DNA of 62,472 bases, filler included, from Candidatus Nanoarchaeia archaeon (GTDB taxonomy: Archaea > Nanobdellota > Nanobdellia > Woesearchaeales > DATDTY01), in NCBI GenBank assembly GCA_035290625.1. It is 7 parts of 7 records of this genome, joined end to end, with 100 filler letters (N's around TTAATTAATTAA, not from the genome) between each part and the next. Parts side by side here need not be neighbours in the genome. Positions count along the whole stretch, not along the records: positions 53,677 to 57,810 come from DATDTY010000077.1; positions 57,911 to 62,472 come from DATDTY010000078.1; 5 more parts are not named here. One strand, given 5' to 3'. Below the pieces are notes generated by a model. That model was not told the origin of the DNA and searched no databases. It was given only the letters and a program-made list of their open reading frames with translations. Position numbers and translations under genes: made by a program. Below, in pieces: positions 56,893-62,472 of the stretch (its first letter is position 1; each line of letters begins with the position of its first letter).

Positions 56893-57810
56893 CTATCTTG
56901 GGATTTCATCAATTTCATCATAGAGCTGAAACGCTTCAGCTGGAATTCTGAGAATGCAGAGCATATCATTTCCTTCTCTCGTTGTTACCTGCCAGATTTG
57001 CATTGGCACCATCGTTGCCGAGTCCCGGAATCGTTGCAGTTCACAAGGGCCTGCATAATGAGCATCGGCGATAATCGCATTGGGATTGGCATCGATCTGG
57101 TTCTGCTCAAACTCCTGCCTATATCTTTGATCTTCAAAGACCCGGGAGTATTCTGTTGTGGACTTACAGTGACCTTCTTGATTAGAATACTCAATTTCAC
57201 CAAGTAATTGTATGAGCGGCTCTGGGTCAAGCCAGCGTGCAAAGTCGAGTAGCAGTTTTCTTACATCCTCTCTCTGCGAAATCCCCTCTCCTGCTTGCCG
57301 TGCAGCTTCGATGCTGTTGAACTCTCCTGAAAACGTGAGTTGCTCCTCGGTCTTATACGGGCTGTAGTAAAAGGCAGGTCCTGGCGGAACACCGTTGCAT
57401 TGCTCTGGAAAACTGCGCTCCTCATAGTCAATGTCAAGCTGGCCGGAAATCTCTTGGGGATTAACGCTGAGCGATGAGCTAAATGCCTGGTCAAGTTCGC
57501 AGGAAGTGGAGTATCTGTACAAAAACCAGCTTGATCCAGTTAAGCCACTAGATGTATCGGTCGAGAAAGTTATATGTTTGTTGCGGTAGTACTTTTCTCC
57601 TTGGTCTGGGCCTAAGTCTTTTAGGCAGCTGTCCCAGCCATCATAATTTGCTCTTGCGTCCAGCTGGAAGCGTGCATCTCCAATCCTGGTTGTTTCGGCA
57701 CTGAGATCAACAATTGGTATAGGGGGCATTCTCGGATACTCAGGATCGAGGCATCGCTTGCCAACAAAACGCATGCTTGCATCCTCAATGGTGCACCTGT
57801 CGTTTCCCAA
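56893..57810 (-). CDS. Hypothetical protein (5' truncated)
   Basis: 305 codons open from the spacer; acidic with scattered Cys. Confidence 0.6.
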   Translation of the reverse strand: MGNDRCTIEDASMRFVGKRCLDPEYPRMPPIPIVDLSAETTRIGDARFQLDARANYDGWDSCLKDLGPDQGEKYYRNKHITFSTDTSSGLTGSSWFLYRYSTSCELDQAFSSSLSVNPQEISGQLDIDYEERSFPEQCNGVPPGPAFYYSPYKTEEQLTFSGEFNSIEAARQAGEGISQREDVRKLLLDFARWLDPEPLIQLLGEIEYSNQEGHCKSTTEYSRVFEDQRYRQEFEQNQIDANPNAIIADAHYAGPCELQRFRDSATMVPMQIWQVTTREGNDMLCILRIPAEAFQLYDEIDEIPR

Positions 57811-57910
57811 NNNNNNNNNNNNNNNNNNNNNNNNNNNNNNNNNNNNNNNNNNNNTTAATTAATTAANNNNNNNNNNNNNNNNNNNNNNNNNNNNNNNNNN
57901 NNNNNNNNNN
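57811..57910. other. Artificial contig spacer
   Basis: N-run / TTAATTAATTAA / N-run. Confidence 0.99.
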
Positions 57911-58702
57911 GAAGGGCAGAAGCAGTCTTTTCCTGCGGCAGCCAAATGCAGCGAGCAGAGCCAGCGACAGGATTAGGTAATGCTTTTGCATGAACGCAAG
58001 AAATATCGAAAACGTGCTCCCAGGCAAAGATGGCTTCAATGCATGATACCAATAGACCTGCAAGAAATAGCCAGGAACCAATAACAAGGCTAAATTAATC
58101 AAACCTCCAACAATAAAGAAGCCAATACTATACCTCAAAAACAGTTTTTTAGATTTAAAAAAAAGAAAGGCAAGCACAGCAAAAATGACAACCAATGAAT
58201 ACAAGCCAGTCAAGGCAGCCACGCCTGCTATACTCCCTGCCCATAAAGGCCTCTTTGAATATAACAAAAATAATGAGAGAACAACAAAAAACGTCGTCAA
58301 ATCAACTCCAAGAAAATACGTCGCCTCAAGCATGACCCGGTAGGAAAACAAAAACAAGCCAGCCCCAAGCAAGCCTTCCCAAGGCCCAAATAGTTTTTTT
58401 ATTAAAAAGAACAATAGTACTGAGGTACCAATCGTTGAGAAGAACGGGACTAATTTGAAGATAACAATACTAAATCCAAACAATGAAAATAGAATCCCTG
58501 AAACAAATACTTGCACAGGAGGGTGGCTGTTGAAGAAATCCCGATAGGGCATCTTTCCCTCAGCGACCAGCTTGCCCATGTAGATGTAGGTATGCTCATC
58601 TCCGGGGTCAATATGGGAAAGACCGGGAAGCTCGATAAGAAAAAATGTTAATAACAGCAGGAGGAACATCCAGAATGGAGCATGTTTGAGGCCGGGCATC
58701 AT
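57911..58702 (-). CDS. GT-C (PMT/GT39-like) membrane glycosyltransferase, 3' truncated
   Basis: GDEHTYIYMG...G.MPYRDFF.SHPP followed by multiple TMs. Confidence 0.8.
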
Positions 58703-58744
58703 AGAGAAAAAGAAGAAACAGGATATAAAGATTGTGGAAGATAC

Positions 58745-58945
58745 TTAAGGCAGCTTCCTCAGCAATCCTCTGCTTTTCTCTCTTTGCTCTTTTGTTGCTG
58801 TTAACAGGATTCCCTTTTCTTTCGATAGCCTTTGGAGATCATAGATGCTTTTATCGAGTATTTCAGCTGCCTTTCCTATTGATAGCCTTCCTTCGGAGCA
58901 TAATCTTAGTATAGGGGGTTTTGTTGAGTATTTCTTGATTGCCAT
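58745..58945 (-). pseudogene. UPF0175-like antitoxin remnant
   Basis: EGRLSIGKAAEIL..SIYDL; N-terminus looks truncated; no partner toxin. Confidence 0.5.
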
Positions 58946-58986
58946 GATAACTGAATAAAGTTTGGTTGTTTATATAACACTATACC

Positions 58987-59739
58987 TTATATTTTCTTCG
59001 CCACCCTCCACAAGACCTCAAAATAATGCTGATAGCTTTTGGCTGTTTCTCTGCTTCTGATCACAATTCCCAAAGGAGCAGCGCCCCAGACAAGAATGGC
59101 AACACAATCATCATACACGATCGTTGGAGAGGGATTGTCAAAAACAGCAGGCAAGATCCGGATATCCATGAATTTCTCGTCGAAAAATTCGCTTATCTTC
59201 GATTGATGCTTTTCATTCCATAAGACTTTTATTGGAATCTTCTGCTTTATCCTCCTTCTTTTCCAGTTTTCGTAATAGACCGGCAACGTTTCCTTGAATC
59301 TCCCTCCGCTCCCTAAGACAAGAATTTCCTTTTTTTGCTTTAATGTGTCGTCAAGTATCGACTTAATTCCTTTAGGCCCTTTGTAGATTGCCGCTTCCTG
59401 CCGGTCTTTCGCTAAAATCCTCTTTTCGTTTAATTTTGGCAGAATTGCCTTGAGTTCTGTTGTAAGTGTTTTAATATTGGACTCTCTCTCCTTCAAAATA
59501 TCCAGAAGTTTCTCAGGCTGAGCTGCTTCAAAATGCTTCCTATTTGATTGGATAACATAGCTCACTAATCCTTTCCCCATCAGTTTTTCAAGAAGTTCAT
59601 AGATGGTTTTGCTGTAATAGCCAAGTTTTTTCATCAATTCTCCTGAAGTTGCTGGGCCAAGCTCTAACAAGAGAAGATAAGCCTCAATCTCCTTTTCAGT
59701 CAAGCCGAACTGCCGCAATATGTCTGATTCCGGTTTCAT
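58987..59739 (-). CDS. TrmB family regulator
   Basis: FGLTEKEIEAYLLLLELG, KGLVSY, IYKGPKGIK, YFEVLW. Confidence 0.9.
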   Translation of the reverse strand: MKPESDILRQFGLTEKEIEAYLLLLELGPATSGELMKKLGYYSKTIYELLEKLMGKGLVSYVIQSNRKHFEAAQPEKLLDILKERESNIKTLTTELKAILPKLNEKRILAKDRQEAAIYKGPKGIKSILDDTLKQKKEILVLGSGGRFKETLPVYYENWKRRRIKQKIPIKVLWNEKHQSKISEFFDEKFMDIRILPAVFDNPSPTIVYDDCVAILVWGAAPLGIVIRSRETAKSYQHYFEVLWRVAKKI

Positions 59740-59751
59740 ATTTATTATAAC

Positions 59752-59766
59752 CTACCTAGTAGGTAG
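59752..59766. promoter_or_regulatory. Palindrome between the TATA box and the TrmB start (putative operator)
   Basis: CTACCTA-G-TAGGTAG. Confidence 0.5.
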
Positions 59767-59831
59767 CAATTATTTAAATAGTTTTTGGTTGTTCCTGTTT
59801 GAGAGTAAAGATAACAAGGAGGTAAATCAAA

Positions 59832-60644
59832 ATGGGAGAAGGTCCAAAAATTATGCTTGCATCAAATCCAGGCAGTGGGTTTTGTGAGAAGAGAACAAAA
59901 ATAGTAGAGAAGGAAAGGGATGCCAATGAGGAAGAAAGAAAGATTATAAAAGGGATATTCCCGCATACGCTCAGAGGCTACACGAGATATTATTCCCATT
60001 TTGATGAAGATGGATTTAAAGCCCTGAAGGGTTCTGGAATAGGCGTACAGAATATTACTGACCTAATGGGTTGTTTTTTAGATGGCCTTGAAGACCTTTA
60101 TAAAAGTTTGAACGAAAGTGGTGTATATCTAACCGTAGAAGATCTTCATTATAATGAGCATGGCCGAGGACTCCCCTATACCTATAACATAATGCTAGAA
60201 AGAAGAATAAACAGCATGCCAGTACGAGTGGGGCCGGGTGATAAGTTTAAAGATTTTCGATGTGGTGATGGTTGGGGTTTTAAATCACAATTCTCCGATA
60301 TGGAGTTGCCTCATCTACTCTTTATTAAGACTGGCGCAAAAATAGAAAAAAAGGAATTACATGAGAACAGAGCTCTTCGCGAAAGGCTGGTTAAAGGCCG
60401 GGACGGGGTAAATTTCATGGGAAAAAGAGTGACTTTCGCAGACGTTTTTGATCCGCTCTATTTCAGATACGGAGGAGGAGAAGTATATTTTGTAAAAGAA
60501 GGGTGCCATAACGTACATAATAAAAGAGGATATTCTAAAAACAGAGATAAAATGCAAATGTTGACTCATATAAAAATAGAAGAAGACTATTTCGACAGCG
60601 AAGCATTCAATGACGCGCTTCACGAACAAAGCAGGGGGGATTAG
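59832..60644 (+). CDS. Hypothetical protein (AT-rich, likely acquired)
   Basis: 270-aa ORF with AGGAGGT SD; visibly AT-richer than the flanking core genes. Confidence 0.65.
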   Translation: MGEGPKIMLASNPGSGFCEKRTKIVEKERDANEEERKIIKGIFPHTLRGYTRYYSHFDEDGFKALKGSGIGVQNITDLMGCFLDGLEDLYKSLNESGVYLTVEDLHYNEHGRGLPYTYNIMLERRINSMPVRVGPGDKFKDFRCGDGWGFKSQFSDMELPHLLFIKTGAKIEKKELHENRALRERLVKGRDGVNFMGKRVTFADVFDPLYFRYGGGEVYFVKEGCHNVHNKRGYSKNRDKMQMLTHIKIEEDYFDSEAFNDALHEQSRGD

Positions 60645-60738
60645 AAGGAAGGGAATAATGGGGGCCTCGCTGTTTGAAAACAGGACAGAGCCAGAGCATA
60701 CAAAACCTTTTTAAACCACCCCTCGCTTCTTTACAGGT

Positions 60739-60912
60739 ATGGAGCCATCAAGCAAGTTCATTAAGGTCAGATGCACAAAATGCAAGAACGAGCAGATTAT
60801 CTTTGGAAAGGCTTCTACAGAGGTCTTGTGTTTGGTTTGCGGCAAGGTGATAGCAACGCCCGGAGGAGGAAAAACCAAAATCAAGGTCAAGGTGGTTGAA
60901 GTCCTGCCATGA
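60739..60912 (+). CDS. rps27e: 30S ribosomal protein S27e (not in the ORF track)
   Basis: SKFIKVRCTKCKNEQIIFGKAST.V.CLVCG...PGGGK. Confidence 0.96.
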   Translation: MEPSSKFIKVRCTKCKNEQIIFGKASTEVLCLVCGKVIATPGGGKTKIKVKVVEVLP

Positions 60913-61688
60913 TTTACACCAAGAAAGGGTATCCTGAAGAGGGAGAGCTTCTTCTCTGTACAGTAAAGAAAGTCCAGCACCACAGCATATTTGTTGAGAT
61001 TGATGAATACAAGAAGCAGGGAATGATCCACATCTCAGAAGTTGCTCCGGGAAGGATTAGAAATATCCGCGATTTCGTTGTTGAGGGCAAGAAGGTTGTC
61101 TGCAAAGTCCTCAGGATCAGCCTGGAGCGCGGCCATATTGACCTCTCGCTCAGAAGGGTAAATGACAACCAGAGGAAGAACAAGGTCAATCAGCTGAAGC
61201 TGGAGCAGAAAGCAGAGAAGATTGTAGAATTCGCATGCACCAATGTAAAGGAGAATACCTATGACATATTGCAGAAGATTATGCCGAAAGTGCATGAGAA
61301 ATACGGCACACTGCATGATTTCTTCCAGAGCGTGGCTGAAGACAAGGACTCGCTGGACGCTCTCAAGCTCAGCCCAAAGCTCGCAAAGGAGCTGCTTTCT
61401 GCAATCAAGCAGAGAATCAAGCCGATTGAAGTGGAGATAAAGGGAAAGATGAAGCTCGTGAGCTTTGCGAGTGACGGCATCAGCCAGATAAAAGAGGTCT
61501 TCAGGAAGGTGTTTGATGGAAAACAGGGGATACAGGTCATCTATACCGGCGCAGGAACCTATCAGGTGAGCGTGAAGTCAAACGATTACAAGTCTGCAGA
61601 GGCAATTCTGACAAAGGCAGTTGACGAAGCCACGAAATACATGGAGAAGCACGTAGGCATTGCAGAATTCAAGCGAGCAGAAGCATGA
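60909..61688 (+). CDS. eif2a: Translation initiation factor aIF2 alpha subunit
   Basis: PEEGEL, IHISEVAPGRIRNIRD, HIDLSLRRV. Confidence 0.96.
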   Translation: MIYTKKGYPEEGELLLCTVKKVQHHSIFVEIDEYKKQGMIHISEVAPGRIRNIRDFVVEGKKVVCKVLRISLERGHIDLSLRRVNDNQRKNKVNQLKLEQKAEKIVEFACTNVKENTYDILQKIMPKVHEKYGTLHDFFQSVAEDKDSLDALKLSPKLAKELLSAIKQRIKPIEVEIKGKMKLVSFASDGISQIKEVFRKVFDGKQGIQVIYTGAGTYQVSVKSNDYKSAEAILTKAVDEATKYMEKHVGIAEFKRAEA

Positions 61689-61858
61689 AGCGGATTCTCT
61701 GGTGCAGCAATTGCCAAAAGTACACGATGAAAGAAGTCTGCTCCTGCGGACAAAAAGCGCTTTCTAAAGTCCCTCCAAAGTGGAGCCCTGAGGACAAATA
61801 TGCAAAATACCGCAGGATTGTGAAAGAGCCTGGATGGAAGGAGAAGGGGCTGGTTTAG
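61685..61858 (+). CDS. nop10: Ribosome biogenesis protein Nop10 (not in the ORF track)
   Basis: C..C.KYTMKEVCSCG...PPKWSPEDKYAKYR. Confidence 0.93.
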   Translation: MKRILWCSNCQKYTMKEVCSCGQKALSKVPPKWSPEDKYAKYRRIVKEPGWKEKGLV

Positions 61859-61896
61859 AAAAGCTTTTTAAACCTCAATTCTTACAGTTTGCTGTA

Positions 61897-62472
61897 ATGA
61901 CTGTGATACGTGAAGTAAAGGCCTTAGAGATTCTCGACAGCAGAGGCAATCCTACAGTGCAGGCAATAATACGCACTTCTAAAGGAGCGGCAAAAGCTTC
62001 TGTTCCTTCAGGCGCCTCTACAGGAATTCATGAAGCTCATGAGTTAAGAGATGGCGGAAAGCGCTATAACGGAAAAGGAGTGCTGAAAGCAGTAGCAAAC
62101 GTCAATACGAAAATAGCAAAAGCTCTCAGAGGAAAAAGCCCTGCCAACCAGAAGCTCATAGATACCACCTTGCAAAGCCTCGATCCATCGGCAAACAAAG
62201 CCAAGATAGGAGCAAATGCTGCCTTGGCTGTCAGCATGGCAGCCTGCCGCCTTGGAGCAGGGAACCGAGAGCTCTTCCAGCACATCAGCAATCTTGCAGG
62301 AAACAAGAAAATAAGGCTGCCTGTTCCTCAAATGAATATCCTAGACGGAGGGGCCCATGTCGGAGCAGAGCACGACATCCAGGAGTATATGATTGTTCCA
62401 CTAAAATTTAAGTCGTTCTCCGAAGCATTAAGAGCAGGAACAGAGGCTTACCATATTGTTAAGGAAAGAATA
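61897..62472 (+). CDS. eno: Enolase (3' truncated at the window edge)
   Basis: EILDSRGNPTV, VPSGASTGIHEAHELRDG, IGANAALAVS, LPVPQMNI.DGGAH. Confidence 0.96.
   Translation, partial: MTVIREVKALEILDSRGNPTVQAIIRTSKGAAKASVPSGASTGIHEAHELRDGGKRYNGKGVLKAVANVNTKIAKALRGKSPANQKLIDTTLQSLDPSANKAKIGANAALAVSMAACRLGAGNRELFQHISNLAGNKKIRLPVPQMNILDGGAHVGAEHDIQEYMIVPLKFKSFSEALRAGTEAYHIVKERI

Noticed and set aside
7631..57910. Six recurring TTAATTAATTAA motifs within N-runs
   Set aside because: Artificial contig linkers; ORFs ending in 'LIN' and any gene adjacency across them are artefacts.
59786..60692. 270-aa orphan as cargo between two TIRs
   Set aside because: The putative left TIR matches only about 9/15 and no target duplication is visible.

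Overview
Seven archaeal contigs joined by six artificial 100-nt spacers (N-run/TTAATTAATTAA/N-run), so synteny across spacers is meaningless. The gene set (Alba, rpS17e, rpS27e, aIF2-alpha, Nop10, pelota, RFC-small, SRP54, Tyw1, split Dph2, archaeal ProRS/IleRS, TATA boxes about 25-30 nt before start codons, BHB tRNA introns) indicates an archaeon, most likely a DPANN/Woesearchaeota-type MAG (inference). Accessory content includes an AbiE-like HTH/nucleotidyltransferase pair, an AbrB/VapC pair, a metal-homeostasis cluster, an SLT lytic transglycosylase, two large surface alpha/beta-hydrolases and the 3' part of an IS200-type TnpA. The most striking signal is non-coding: 12 intergenic copies (R1-R12, about 120-220 nt) of a structured element. 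Most copies have GGCT-type terminal inverted repeats and several have decayed 9-bp target-site duplications. All share a covarying core in which two variable segments of about 20-25 nt sit between conserved GCGAG motifs and a purine-rich/CCC(C)-loop-GGG(G) apical hairpin. Two unrelated copies carry the same 57-nt double-hairpin insert at the same position. A ~490-nt structured region and a second shared non-coding motif appear related. All calls are by eye; no database searches were run.
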